From: Tubiluchus corallicola
Taxonomy: Eukaryota; Animalia; Priapulida
Assembly (NCBI GenBank): GCA_030141605.1
Contig: JAQGDQ010000034.1
Span: 682,001 to 746,000, forward strand
Direction: 5' to 3'
Length of the DNA stretch: 64,000 nt
Below the pieces are notes generated by a model. That model saw only the letters and a list, made by a program, of their open reading frames with translations. It did not search any database and was not told where the DNA came from. Shown piece by piece: positions 24,131 to 38,659 of the stretch. How positions within the stretch are numbered: position 1 is the stretch's first letter; every line of letters begins with the position of its first letter. The position numbers and the translations under genes are program-made.

Positions 24131-27100
24131 ATGTCAGCCGCCGTAAATGAGTGTGATTTAAGCGGTCCTCCAAGAAAAATATTAAAAACTGGGACCAGTG
24201 AAGGAGAATGCGAGGAAAAAAGCGAGTTGTGCAACTTTAAAGATGTAAAGGTTGTAAAGATTCTTCAGGATCGTCCTGAAAGCAAATGCATGTTTATTCA
24301 AGCAAAAATTGGTAGCGGTGACGCCGACGGGGTCATTATTGTGGAGAAAACGCCGTTTACTGCCGCAACTATAAAAGAGATATTGTCAGTTAAAACAAGT
24401 TTGTCAACGCAACATAAGAATGATATATATGGCACTTATTATGGCTATCCAGATGTTAAACTAAATGGTAAGATTCTATCTTTTTGGTAATGGTAATATA
24501 ACTTTAGATAATTAATAGGTGTGTATATACATACCTGCTCACTTCTGCACTATGCTGGCAGCAGTATGTCATAAAAATAATTAAAAAACAGTAAAATAAG
24601 TCAAGAGTATCTGTCAGCTCTCTGCTTGGTCCGAGTCATACTTTATACTGTCAGTCACAACAGTGATCTGAACTAAAGGTAGGAGGACAATAAAAATACT
24701 TCTGTTTCCGTCTAATCGCTCGGGTAATATTTTTTGTAGTACACTTGGCCGGAAATTTTATCATTTCTTTGTACGTTAATATACATAACGTGACGCAGTC
24801 ATGTAAAAGGCGTATTTTTTAATTTAAAACGTAAATTATTTTTACATCATTCTTTCGGGGAACTCATGTTCTTCCATGCCTAACTCTCGGCAAGGGTTGC
24901 TATTTTGTATGATGCTATTTGTTTTGGAGGTTAAAAAGGTTTCAAATTTTCTGCCAAATCAGTGTATTAATGGCCGAGTGGTGTTTCCGCTTATACCATA
25001 ATTATCAGAACATACGTTCATGATACAAAAAGAGGCTGACAATAATCGATAATTTAGTAATGCGAAACTAAAAAACAATGCATGAAAAAATGTGCACTGA
25101 AGAAAAAATTAAAACATTACTGCTAACCAATAAGAAATAAACAGTCTTTGATTTTAACTGATTTCAAATATTTCAAGAGGCAGCTTTAGATATTCACAAA
25201 GCTTTAAAAACATTTTGTTGAAAAAAAATTTCCTTCCCTCCCTACTGACATATTTTGAGCTCATGAGGTAAGACAGAAACATATTTTTTGAGCCCGACCT
25301 AACAAGAGCAACAGACTCTGCTTGACAAACTTGTACTTAAAGCTGTATAACATTTCAAAACACACAGTATGCCGGTAATTTTTCAGAAGACCCGGCAAAG
25401 ATCGATTCCCAGGAGCCTAACAGTTTCCTATGTTACGAAAATTTGGTGCCACAATTGCTAATCATAACATTAACTATAACATTAATAGTAATATGAACAT
25501 TTAACTGTAAACTGTTATTTAAATTTGAGTGAGTAAAAGCCATTTTGAAATAATCCTTGGCCACCAACTTACATTTTTTGTTTAATTCTGTTTCTCATTT
25601 GAAATAAACAACTTAAACATACATGTGCAGAATTATTGACGAAATATTAGCTGCTAGAGTTAATAATACTGAATATAGTTTTTTGTTCTATTCACAACAC
25701 AGGAATCAAAGCAACGGTAATTTATCCAGCCACGGAAAAGCACCTATTGAAGTACACAGAACAGTCGTGCTATACAATTTCTGAGAGTTGGGATGATTAC
25801 AAAAACATTACTCTTCCTCATATTACTCAGCAGAATCTCAAATTACAGGTAGCGCTATGTATATTATATGACAATATGAGCTTTTCTGTATCTAATTAGA
25901 TAATCATTTGTTATTAATGCCCAAAGCCATGAGATGTCTGCAAAAGTTTGATCTGTTACTTTCCTTTTTATTTTTTTAGCAATGAGGTCTTCAGTAGAAG
26001 ACACTTTTACTTAAAGTGCTTCTAAATCTTGTCAAGGTTGATATTAGCACAATGAGCTAATATTTCTGGTTAAACAATATTGTCTAGTTTTAACCTCTGA
26101 ATTCATGCGTTCCGTATTCTTTGCAGTGGGTCTACAATATTTTGGAGAAAAAAGCTGAAGTTGAGCGGATACTGTTTGAAGATCCAGACCCCTCCACTGG
26201 CTTCTTGCTGCTTCCAGACATGAAATGGGAGGCAGACATGAATGTAGAAAACATGTATCTGATTGCCATCTGTTACTGTAGAGATGTGATGTCACTGCGC
26301 AGCTTGACTTCTGAACATTTGCCGTTACTGAAGAATATACTTAACAAAGGAAAGGTGTGTCTTGAAACAAAACCAAGTTTTTACACTGTTTTCTGACATT
26401 TACACCTATCACTGTTTTATAAATTTACTAGTACATAATCATGTTAAAAAACTGTAATAATTATTCAGTATCACAAATAATAAAATATGCCATTGCACAA
26501 TAAAAAATCACAAAAATCACTCTTTACTATGTTGTAACAACATACGTACTGGGAAAAGGTCCTGAACATACATACGGTAAATCCTCGTTATGATTTGCCT
26601 CGATGCGTCTTGTTAAAACTTCCGCTTTTCTGATCTACTAGACAAGTCCATAATAATGAAGCCATGCATCTGGCGCACGAGCACCGTGTGATATGATATG
26701 TTGTCCAGTAGATGTCAGTATTACCATTAAAGCTGATCACTGATCAGCCATGGGCGTTGAGTGTTACGTGTGAAACAAAGATGGAACATTGTAATTTCTA
26801 ATGTGCTCCGGCCCGGCATCACGGGTCATTTCTTTTTTTTAAATGATCCCCTTGTTATCTGCCTTTTTTGAAACAATGTTTTTGCAGATGATGTTTCTGT
26901 ACATATCTATTCACGATAGGCAGCAGTACTCTTCGGGTACAATAAAATTCACTTTTGAAAATTGGATCTTGCTAATAAGACCTGCTATATAAAGTGGAGA
27001 AATGTGTCCAAGAGTTGTAACTGACTACCCCTCCCCCCAATTAGTCTGGTGTAATAAGCATTTACTTTACTGATTCAATAAGAAAAACAAAAGCAGTAGT

Positions 27101-27829
27101 AAATGTTTCGTTTATAAAGTACCATAAATAAAAACTTCAGACAACTTCAATATGTAGCTTAAATTGACTTTTAACGTTTAATATGTGATTTCTCTCTGAC
27201 TGATATTTTACAGATCCATCATTATCAAACATCAGGTATTAACTGCCCACCTGCTTACTTAGTTTAATTTTAATAATTTTGGGCTGGTGGCGCCACAGTA
27301 CCGTAGAGTTTAATTCTGGTAAAATTATTAATGCCAATATCCTCTACACTAAAGACTTTGGCGAAGTGTCAGTGTAAGGGAAATGAATACTAGAGGGGAA
27401 ATCATCTTTCATTGTATGACTATCACTTTCAGTCCTGTTGTTACTGCATGTTTTAATGGAAGAATTAAGTGTGTTTACACAAAAATGGTTACTGGTAACC
27501 TACTATACTGTACAAAGGATTACGTATAATCTTCTTTGCTGTTCCAGAAAGTCATTGAAGAACGATTTGGCGTACCTGGCAACAAGCTGCGAATTTATCT
27601 TCACTACCAACCGTCTTACTACCATTTGCATGTGCATTTCACGCACATTAAGTTTGATGCTCCAGGTACGAATGTCTACAAGGCACACCTGCTTACTGAT
27701 GTCATCGAAAACATTGAGCTCATGAACGACTACTACCAGCGAAAGACTTTGACTTTTATTATCAAAGAAAATGATCCTCTTTATAAGAAGTTCAAGGAAA
27801 AGAGTGATGTAAACTCAACTTACCTTTAG
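24131..27829 (+). CDS. DCPS: m7GpppX diphosphatase (scavenger decapping enzyme), about 330 aa. Exons 24131-24467, 25703-25848, 26127-26354, 27548-27829.
   Basis: Motifs [51 protein letters not shown] and the HIT motif [13 protein letters not shown]. The exon sum is 993 nt in frame. Confidence 0.96.
24680..25301. mobile_element. Old DNA-transposon-like element in DCPS intron 1
   Basis: Degenerate TIRs: TAGGAGGACAATAAAAATACTTCTGTTTC versus the right-end reverse complement TAGGTCGGGCTCAAAAAATATGTTTC. The TSD is not clear. Confidence 0.45.
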
Positions 27830-28539
27830 TATTTAACGCTTTCACTACAGAAAGCGGCACATGCCACTTACGTGTTTCGTGTAAGGGATGGCTTTCGTGT
27901 ATAACAGCCATGTGATTGGGGTTGCTTTGCAAACAAAAAAACGATAGCCAGTCAATCATCGTCTGAAGCCAGGTGCATTCCACAATACTGTATGGTACGT
28001 CTCACACAAAATCACTTCTTGGTGGTTGATGAAACTTAGTATGTGCTTGTTTGGGAAGGTTTGCACGTGAGAGAGTGCGTCAGTGCATGCATGTGTGTGC
28101 ATATGTACAAATAAAACTAATATTCAATATTAGTGTTTATTAACATATGACTATTTGCTTATTTGCAAGATTCTGTTTTAGTAACACACCACAAGGAGTT
28201 ATTGTGAAGCAGTCAGAGTTAATCAGGGTTAAAAGCAATGCAGCCTAGTTAAAAGGGTTAAAAGAATTACCACGAGTGTGTCCTATTCATGTAATTTACT
28301 TTAAATATAACATTCCTATCTGTAGTGCAAACACAGTGTTTTTATACTGGTTGCATGATTTGTGAACGAGTATGCAGTCAGACATCACTGGCTTATTGAG
28401 AAGACCCAGTCTGCTACGGTGTGTATGGCACATGAAGCGAAAAGGATTTTAAAACTATCACTAAATAGTTTTGCTGTATAGTAGTAATGGAGTATAGCAA
28501 TGTTTCTGAACATACAAATGATTTAAAATCAGCAAAAAT

Positions 28540-28990
28540 GAATTATTATGAATTATGAATTTATTCCACAGCAACACGTAAACATACATACAAATTGTTA
28601 TTACATTGAAAAAAAATTATAAACTAAGCGAGTTACTGTGAGGAGGACGAAGGAGCATTGAGCTTTCGAGTCCTCCTCCAGATAAGTGGAAAAATTGACA
28701 ATTAACATTCCATGGTATTTTGATCAGGTATAACATACATTAGAACAAGATAAGTTTTGTTAGTAACTTAAGATCAGGATGAGTAAAATTGTGAGTTAAT
28801 TATACCATTGTAGTAGGTAATTCTTTGATGCTTTTTTAAATTTATAAAGATCGAGAGTTTTCATTTCACGTGGAATTGTTGACCATATTTTAATAGCATT
28901 ATATTTTGATGACTGTTTCATTATATTTGTTTTTGGAAGAGGGAATATTTAGTTTTTGTATGTCATATTTATGTTATGTTACATATTTTC
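28540..28990 (-). mobile_element. 5'-truncated L2/CR1-group LINE
   Basis: Minus-strand translation PKTNIMKQSSKYNAIKIWSTIPREMKTLDLYKFKKASKNYLL, a 3' UTR hairpin GAGGAGGAC...GTCCTCCTC, and AATAAA plus a short tandem tail. Confidence 0.8.
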
Positions 28991-30261
28991 CCTGTGTATA
29001 CTAGTTTTCGTCATCACTGTTGTCACTGGATGACAACAGGGGCATATTGAGACCCAGTAGGCTAATTAAACTGTTGTCTGGGGTACCAAAATCTAAGGGG
29101 CACCAGATAAGTTACATTGTTGACTGGAAAACAATTAATATTAACAATGTCCCTCAGTTCTGTTAAATACCTGTTTAAAGAAAGACCAGCAAGTTTTTCT
29201 TTCCTGTTTTCCTTGGAGGATGCCAATGAAAGATAATTGCACATCTTTAGCAATAATCGCTTAGATACTAAGTAATGCCGCTATTAACCTATGGCATCAT
29301 ATTGTTTTAATATGCCCCTGAATGGTAATCATAATGAATGGGTCTTTATAAAATGAAATATTTGTTACTCTAAGCCATTGTTAATGTCACGCTAATTGTT
29401 GTTATTGACGTTCTGTGTGATCTTTATAATGTAAAGACCTTGCCAGGTCAGTGCACCTACTGATTTTAAATAGTAAAAAATTTTAGCAAGGTGGAATAAT
29501 TTTACCATTATAAACTTTTGATTAGTGCTGTATATAACTATGACAATGAGCTGCATGTAATAATACAATTGCGATTAAAGGAGATTTATAATCGTGTCTT
29601 AATTATTGACATGCTTTTTCTATCACCTTATCAATAGCTAATTAAGATATGTTAATTAGTATGATTAAATAAATACAAACCGCATGATTGTTTTTCATAT
29701 TGGTGTTTGCAAATTTGATGTCACTGCCGCTGCTACATAATTTTTGTGACTTGGTCGTTCTGTTGATGGGGATAATGAAAGTATACTTAGCGATATATCA
29801 CATTGGCTAACTATTTCTACTCGATCATTTGGGAGTGGATTTTATCTTATGGGACCAGTGTATTGAAAACTCTGTGTATTAACAAGAAAGATTAAAAGCG
29901 TAGTGTGTGATAGAACTTAAAGTTTGCATTGAGGTTTGTAGAGCAGTATAGTTCAATAAAGAGAGATTACTTGACTGAGACCAAATTTTACACGGGATAG
30001 TTGAATAACGTAGACAATTGCTTGTTTTTTTTTCTTTATTACAGTAATACACATAAGAAAACAAGAAAAAGACCAAGGGTCTTCGAATTAACTTTTTTTT
30101 ATACAACAATGAGATAATGATAATAGGCGGCGTATAATGCACTGTAACTATTTAGTTAGAACTGCTCATTGGATAATTATGTTGGTCTAAAAATATTATG
30201 AACGTATTAGCAACTGTGATGGTAACGGTCGTTCACACATTGTGTCTAGTTACCTTATTAA

Positions 30262-30287
30262 ACAGAAGGTGGCGCATCCGCATGCGA
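30262..30287 (+). promoter_or_regulatory. CIAO3 proximal motifs (CTCF-like and NRF1-like)
   Basis: ACAGAAGGTGGCGC overlaps GCGCATCCGCATGCG just upstream of the ATG at 30290. This is motif resemblance only. Confidence 0.25.
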
Positions 30288-30289
30288 AA

Positions 30290-33200
30290 ATGTCTTCTCA
30301 TTTTAGCGGAGCACTTCGACTTACGGATTTAGACGATTTTATCAGTCCTTCACAGGTGATTTCTTCTTTTAAATGACGCTATAATGTCTGGTCACATACT
30401 TTCTTAAAAGTTGCTTTTGCAGATGACGTTTCTGTAAATATCTAATCACAAAAACTTTATGAAAAGTAGTCTTACATGGTTTTTATATATACGTGCACTA
30501 TAGAATACATTGACCTATAATGCTTATGTGTGTATTGCCGTTCATTGTTATAGTAAGCACGCTATGCTATTTATTGCTAAAATAGTTTCTTGCTATTCCA
30601 AAAACGTTGTCATTGAATATTCCTATTTCAGTTATCTATTCCAGTTCCAGTTTTTTCCTGAAAGTCAGCATATTTTTTACGATAACTAGTTAACAACTTC
30701 CCTATAGGGGTGCAGTAACCTGATTTAGCTAAATTTAAGCTGTTATACAGTTTTATCTCTTATATAGCAACCATTATTTTTTGCTTTTGCTAATGAACAG
30801 CGGCAGCTAAATTTAAATTATAAATAGCTAGCGAGTGCTATGTGTGCGTTGGCTGTGCCAGACTATTGTTGTATGTTTGCTCTTACTGTAAGCTTTAGTC
30901 CTGCCCTGGAATATAAAAAGCCATGCCATACACACTGCCTGCAGTTGGAAAGGGAGGCTTATTCGTGTTTCACAAAGTTTGTTTTTATTGTGCAATAATC
31001 GATCGTTCTAGATTTCTTGGCTACTTGTTTACTATGTTCTCTTCGCCTAAATATTTCAGGAATGTATAAAACCGGTGAAAGTCGAGAAGAAAGCGGTAAG
31101 TCAATCAATACAAACGGGTGTAATCAGAATAGAGCAAGATGGCACCTACATGCACGTAGAACAAGTATGTCATTTAATTACATATAATTCCAAGCATTTT
31201 CATTTAATTATGCAGTTAATTGTTTATAATATTCAAGCATTCCATATTGTTCAATTAGCATACTGTATCACGCCACCATATATCACTGTACGATACTACT
31301 AACCCATATTGTACCGTGCCACTCTATGTCATAACGTAATGTAATATTCTGTATATCATAACATATCATGTTATACCTTGTCACACTGTACCATACTGTA
31401 CTATAATCACAATAACTTTTGCAGTTTTGTTATTATCATTTATGTATTATGTATAGTGCACAGTGAATTAGTGGTAATCTGTCTAACTCTAAGTCAATAA
31501 TGATATTTAACATACTATATTTGACTATATATCTGCAATGCCATAGCTTTCTTTTGCTATAGGTTTTTGAGAGAATAACCCTTGAAAAATTCATGTATAA
31601 TTAGAAAATTTTGGTTAATGGTTTAATTTGTCAGGATGGTGCAGAGGTAAAATTGCAGAAGACGAAGATTACACTGAATGACTGTTTGGCGTGCAGCGGC
31701 TGCATCACCTCTGCAGAGAGTGTTCTTATAACCCAACAGAGCCAAGATGAGCTGTATAGAATATTAGACTTGAATCATAACAATAAGAAGGTAATGAATA
31801 CTAATTTATCTGATTACTTAACTCACCTTTCCATCTGTCACCAGTTGTTTAGTTTCAGAAGTAATAGAGCTGGCAAACGACTGACTGCCAATGCCTAGTA
31901 CTTATTACTTACCAGTCTGTTCTGGGTTGCGTTTATTTATTCTGCGTGTAATTTGCTCTGTATTACAAGGATGAGAATTTTCCGTGGATACGCGGAATTC
32001 CGAGTTTTTGGAAGACCAGTAGTGCCATATTTGTAAATCGTGTAAATTCGTTGAGAAAATTTTTACGGACCCAGTACATTATTTCACAAGCTGACCGCTC
32101 GTTGGCAGGCCGTCACTTTGTCTACATCACGTACATCAGTGTAACCACGTGTATATCTCTATGTATAAAAATATAGAATCAATTGTGCGGAGTTATCTGA
32201 GTCAATTGCAGACAGTTTTTATATACTTTTGCATAGGAGCGGCCAGTACTTAGGTGTTTTTGAGACAATTGGTATCCTTGATAGTTGGGTATTTTAAATT
32301 ACGCATGAAACAAGGTAACTGATATATTAAGTCCACTTAGAGGCTCCCTATGGTCACAAAATTACAATTTTTTGCTGGCTCCAAGGGGCTTTGCCCCCCT
32401 TGAACTCCCATGGAGGCCTACGCAGCCCCCAAACCCCCGGCCTGTTTCAGGGTTTTTTGCAATTTGTCATTCTCATCCCTGATTTATTAGAATTCTCTTT
32501 GCTCCACAATCCACATCTACAATTGCAGGGTTATATCCAGGATTCTTGAAAGGGAGGGGTCCCGACCCCCTGGACCCCCATCTGCCCTTCTCAATAGTCT
32601 TATAATGAATATTCCGTAGTAATTGTTTGGTGTAACAGGTTTTTCTTTTTGTACCATCTTGCTCACTGTTAGACAGAACTCAGTGAAAGAGCCTACTTAA
32701 TGCGGATGTTTGTGGCAAGAGTGGAACTGGGATCTTTATTTATTAAGGATACCCTCTAAGATGAGAAACTGAACAGGCATTAGTCACATTTGGGCATTTG
32801 GTGTCCCTCATCTGTGAATTTAGACAGAATCAGTACAGTGAATGAATCCACCCAGACATTTTAGGATTCCATCTGATGATAACCCAAATGCCCTAACCAG
32901 CCTTGGCGTCGCTTAACTATGATCGTTAGCTTATACCGTAACCATTTGAGGCTATTCCCTTTGCCAAACCATATTTAAAGCAGCAATTAGGCAGTTTGTG
33001 CTTGGTGCCTCCATGGTAATGTTCATACACTAACAGTAAGAAATGCAGAAGTCTTCTTTTTAGTTCAGTGATAAATCTGCTGAATGACTGACAAATTGGC
33101 TAGTAGACTAAAACATGACTTGAGGCTGCGTATCAGTTAACATTACTTTTTGTCTCCTATTTCTGCTGCTATCTTTATTGCTTAAGTGTTAGAAAATGTT

Positions 33201-36200
33201 TGGAATAGCACTGTTTTATAAAGTTCGTCCTTTCTCTAACTTTTTTATTATTGCAAAATAGGTTTTTTGACCTTTATTTCATGTTTATATAGTTAGGATT
33301 GCACAATGACGTGAAGGTGATCGTTGTATCCATTTCTCCTCAATCACGGGCTTCGCTGGCTGCAAAGTACAAGTTGACGCTGTTAGAAACTGCTAAAAGG
33401 CTGACTGGATTCCTTAAAAAACTTGGTAAGCTTATAATAATTGTTACATACTTTCCTTAAAATAGTGTAATTAACTCCTGAAAAGTATTCTATAATACTG
33501 CTCGACCGCTCAGGCAAATTCTTCATTCTGAATTGAGCAGTATTCTTATATGAACAGCTTGACTGTGTATGTTTTAATACAAAGGAAGTCACAAAATTCA
33601 GTAGTTTTGACTTGAACTTCAGTGACGCTCAGTGAAAATGATTTATAGAATGTGTAGACACAACCCTCTCAGTATCTATGACATGAACTTTCATGAAACT
33701 CTGTAAAAATGATTTTTAGTTTGTTTAGACAAAACTGTCTCAGTATCTATGACTTCAGCATTCATGAAACTCTGTAAAAATGATTTTAACGTCTGTAGGC
33801 CAAATCCTGTATCATTTGAACTGTTTACTTCAAAGCAATCAGTGCAACATTCGGCATTCTTGAAAACACTTCAAAATACATTGTGTTTCTGCCTGGTAGG
33901 TGGTTACAAGCTACTCATCGTTGACTCAACAGATGAGTATGCTTGCAGAATTGTTGATACTATTTTTACTTGTACAGTTCTTGCACTTTGCAGGCTGTGA
34001 TTATGTTTTTGATACAACATTTGCCCGAGATTTTAGTTTACTGGAAAGCCAACGTGAATTTGTGAGGCGTTTTCGTAATCGAAGTAACAACAAGACGAGT
34101 CTGCCAATGCTAGCTTCCGCCTGTCCAGGTATTACCTGTTCAATAAAATATTCTAATACAGTCAAACCTTGTTATACTGCCCCTTTTTTACAATATCACC
34201 CTCGGTTAATGCAGTTAATGCCCAGATTTATATAATAATAATAATAATAATCTCTATTTAAAGTTGGCTTTTGGGTCAACAATTAACATTAGCTCAAAGA
34301 GCTATTATCGCCGACTGTAAATAACAACCTACAACTACATAACAGAGACTATTATTGCCCCACTTTTACCCTAAATACCACGCATCAGGCAGGGCAACAG
34401 CATGTACCATTTTTAAAGTCTTTGGTATGACCCGGCCGCTGGCTCGAACTCACGACCTCCCAGACGGAAAGCAGATGCATTACCACTAGACTAAACCATC
34501 TGGTCAAAATAAAGAACAAAATGTCTATATTTGCGTAGAAATGCAGTTTGTTATAATGCTAAACTTGCTATAACGTCATCTATAACTGCAATCGCAAAGT
34601 AGGCAAAATTAAGAGGTTTGACTGTTTGCATGTATTCGCATATACAAGTCTTAATGTAAGTAATATTCATAACCTAAAAAAATTCATGACTGATATTTTA
34701 AGTCCACTTAGAGGCTCTGTATGGTCACAAAATTGCAATTTGTTGCTGGCTCCAAGGGGGTTTCGCCCATGGGGCCCTACACGGCCCCCAAACCCCCGCT
34801 TGTTTCAGAGTTTTTTGCAATTTGTCACTTTTCATCCCTGACACTATCTACGCACTGGATTAAAAATTACCCCTATTTTGCATTCGTAGGCTGGGTTTGT
34901 TATGCAGAGAAGACGCACGGCAACTTCGTCCTTCCATTCATTAGTACAACCAAATCTCCACAGCAAATAATGGGATCGTTGGTAAAGCATTACTTCTCTA
35001 GTCAACTGGGCACAACTGGTGATAAAATTTACCATGTGACAGTAATGCCGTGTTACGACAAGAAGCTGGAAGCATCTCGAGAAGACTTCTATAATGACAT
35101 TCTATGTACTCGTGATGTCGACTGTGTTATATCTACAGGTATATAATCGAAATCTATGAATTTTTATTCAAATTTTTAGTCTAAGTATTTATTGTTGTTT
35201 CTGGCTTTCCACGGTTGTTTTCCGTCGTTTTACACCTTGCGAATTTGATTGTTTAATAATAACAGAAATAAAAATTTACCGTTTCCAGGTGAAGTTGAGT
35301 TGATGTTGCAGAAGGAAAATGTCACGCTGTTAGATCAACAACCATCTGAGCTAGATGATATGTACGTAGTACATAAGCTATGTAAGATTAGCTTGTTTAA
35401 ATTTTCATATATGTTTTTATGAAATTTTTTACTTAGAATCTGATAGCATTTTGTGAATGAAGTTTATAATTTTACAACCTCTTGAACTGCCTCACTGGTT
35501 TAATGACTAAACTTCTGATTATTTGTCATTGTAGGTACAATAGTATAGAGGGTGGAGAACTAGTGTCTCACTTTGGTGGTGGATCTGGAGGTTTCTTGCA
35601 CCATATAGCGAGATACGCGGCAAAAGAATTGTATGGACTGCAGTTAGAACAGCTCAATTACAAAACTCTAAAGTATGCACACGTACATTATGTCAAAATA
35701 TGTCAGTGATGTTAATAAAATTGTGGGCTTGCATTTCCAAGTGTGTAAGCTACAATCTCTTTCTACAAAGTTTATAAGGACTGCGATGACAAAATACTGT
35801 CAAAGGGCAGGCTGTAGAAATTTTAAAATTTTCCCAGCGCTCTGGTTCTTCGGTAGTGCACACTTTAAATTTTGTGTCAACAAAATTTTTTCAGGAATGA
35901 AGATTTTAAAGAAGTATTAATAGAACACAATGGCGACACTGTGTTGAGGTTTGCCATAGCGTACGGATTCAGAAATATTCAGAACCTAGTCTTGAAACTG
36001 AAGCGAAAAAAGTGTCCATATGATTTTGTGGAAGTGATGGCATGTCCTTCAGGTAAAATGAATTATTTTTGTTAGATAATTAAGTAATGCTTAAGAATAC
36101 CTATACAATTACATGATTTTAAAAGTTGATTATAATTTAGAAAAGATGGGATTTTTTTAAGATGATGACCATGAAGTAATAACTGTTTTAGGTTGCTTAA

Positions 36201-36433
36201 ATGGAGGAGGCCAAATCAGGCCAGAAGAAACATGCACCGGAAAGGAACATGTTGCTAAATTGTCTGAACTATACAATATGGTTAGAACTAGACTTCCAGA
36301 AGACAATGGTGTCGTTAATCAGCTATATGAAGACTGGCTAGATGGCGAAGACTCCGAGAAAGTGCAGAAAATGCTACATACAAGCTATCATGCCATTGAA
36401 AAGATAGAAAATGCCTTGAACATTAAGTGGTAG
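30290..36433 (+). CDS. CIAO3: Cytosolic Fe-S assembly component 3 (NARFL/IOP1/Nar1), about 484 aa. Exons 30290-30355, 31060-31164, 31635-31790, 33293-33425, 33994-34128, 34890-35138, 35289-35361, 35535-35672, 35895-36052, 36192-36433.
   Basis: Motifs [109 protein letters not shown] and C-terminal LNIKW. The exon sum is 1455 nt in frame. Confidence 0.97.
31966..32481 (+). mobile_element. hAT-type MITE family C in CIAO3 intron 3
   Basis: TIRs CAAGGATGAGAAT ... ATTCTCATCCCTG, with a degenerate 8-bp TSD CTGTATTA/ATTTATTA. Confidence 0.75.
34159..34624. mobile_element. pogo/Tc1-mariner-type MITE interrupted by a SINE
   Basis: Ends TA|CAGTCAAACCT ... AGGTTTGACTG. Subterminal GTTATA/TATAAC motifs are present. 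Confidence 0.7.
34233..34505 (-). mobile_element. tRNA-derived SINE
   Basis: On the minus strand: A box TAGTCTAGTGG, B box GAGTTCGAGCC, body GGCCGGGTCATACCAAAGACTTTAAAAATGGTAC, and a (TTA)n tail. Confidence 0.85.
34689..34840 (+). mobile_element. Partial (3' end) copy of MITE family C
   Basis: Aligns by eye with about 32319-32481 and ends in TCATCCCTG. Confidence 0.8.
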
Positions 36434-37776
36434 CCGTAGTGATGGTGCTAGTTTTATCAGTTGTTTCGGCAGGGCATCAGTACTTGAATCAGTCTAGAAG
36501 CAAATTCTCTCTTGGACTACAGAAGAGCTTGGAAATTGTGTGTAGTTTGTGTGGATTTGTCTAGTCTTGCCATCTTTAAGTTTGCTTAGCAACACTGTTA
36601 CCAACTTGCACTCACACACATTCTGGTTAGCAATGCATTAATTTTTGATGTCTGGTACATCTATCCATTATACTTTTGGTTGGTTTGCTGGTAAACATTT
36701 GATCATTTAAGCACCTTGCAATGCCTGGAGTATTGCACGTATTAAAGCCACTCATTGATTTTGTAGCTTGCCAGCTATTTCTTAGTTGCAAGTTATTTAA
36801 ATATTCTGTGTAACTTGTCAAGTCTGTTGTTACATGTAGACCCAATAATATGACTTGTCTAATGTAATATATAGGAGTTGTTATGACTTTAAACTATAAC
36901 AAGAAATGGTCTTGTCAAAACGTCATTGTTTTTAGTGAAGTTTTGTTATTGTTATTTACCACTATTTTAAAATTGCTGTATTAGGCCTGGAATAATACAG
37001 TTATTTCAATATTTCATGAACATGACATTTTGTGAAAATGGAGTCTAAATGTTTAATGAGCAAAATAACTGCTGAATTAGCAGAGGTTACTTTAGCAAAT
37101 TTATTACATCGTACTTCATTATATTAGTGAGATCGGCACTTTTCTATGAGTTCTTTCTATGTAGCATGTACCAAGTTTACAATAGTAAAATTTCATTCAG
37201 TTACTGCTCACACAGTTTCATTGAAAACCCAAGATTGATCATTTTGCACAACAGCACTGGGGTATTGTGTAGAATAGTTGAGTTGCACATTTCTATTCTA
37301 CATACTCATAACTTCCGACATCCATGCTAGTTCTGGTACTGTGCTTTCTGTCGCTAGCGAAAGAAAATCTAGCATCTAGTTTGGGTTTCATATTCATTTG
37401 CCAAAATAATGAACATAGTTGTGTTAGTTACCATACCTTCCTGTCTAACATGCATTTTACACACTTTTGTCGCTATCTAGTATCCAAGCAACTGTAGTTT
37501 TATAACTAAGACACAAAGACTGCATCCGCTGACGTTGCAGTTATGGTTGATTCCTACTGGACCGTTCCACTCAAAATCGGTATGGTGAGACCGATGATTT
37601 TCCGCTACTGTATGAGCACTGACATAACTAAATGATTCAAAAAGCTAGGCACTGTTTCTTTCAGAAGAATCTCAACTAGTTAATCATGCTGTTTCTTTAA
37701 ACATATTTTTAAACAATCCAGATGGGTAAAATTGAACAGAACACATCCTTACACTATCAAGCAGTTTACTATTTAC

Positions 37777-38169
37777 TAGGGGTGAGCATCGAACATTCGA
37801 ATCGAATTTGAACGAGTTATTTTAGTTTAAATTCGGTTCGAACCTAAAACTATAGATTTAAATAATTCAGCATTTCACTCACATATGTTCTTTATCATTA
37901 AAACGATTGAAAAACACCATGCAATTAGTATAATTTAGCTGTGATTTTATGGTACAATTTTAAGCAAATTATTAGTCGTTTTATTGCAGAACAAAATCTA
38001 GTAATATGCATGATCATTGTAAGACTAATTTTTCATGGTGATTTGAAAACTTGTTCAAAATTTTTCAATCTCATTTCGAATTTGAAATACTGAAATTCGA
38101 TTCGAATTCGAAAGTCACAAATTTGATTTCAATTCCAATTCGCTTTCTGGTAGAGAATGCTCACACCTA
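37777..38169 (+). mobile_element. hAT-type MITE family B, copy 2
   Basis: Ends TAGGGGTGAGCAT ... ATGCTCACACCTA. TSD CTATTTAC/CTGTTTAC (7/8). Confidence 0.9.
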
Positions 38170-38659
38170 CTGTTTACACATGTGCAATCATAAACACCGT
38201 TATTGATTGCTCGTTACAAAGAACTGACCGACTCTGGAATGACTGAACAAAAAGCAGACAACGTTATAGTATACACACTTGATAGCTTTTTTCAATAGCT
38301 CAGCTATACGAAAAATATCAATTTTTATCTGTAAATTTTGTCTTTTGAATACAGGCCAAAGACATTCTTGCCTTTTAGATCAATGCCTCCAATCTGCCTT
38401 TAATTATAACTTTTGCCTCCAATGTGTTTAGTCTGGTTGATGTCCTGTGAATCTCCTGCCATTCACTTAGATTGGAGTTATCAATCTTGGACTGCTTTTG
38501 TCACAGTTCTCGTCCTGGAGACTGCACACTGCACGAAAAACAAGAAGCTTTCACACTACATGCTGACTGTTGAGGACATCATTCAATTTGATTTTCCATT
38601 GCTTCAACAATACTTTAATACAATAAATTATTCTGCACTATTACTTTTGTTTCTTTTCT

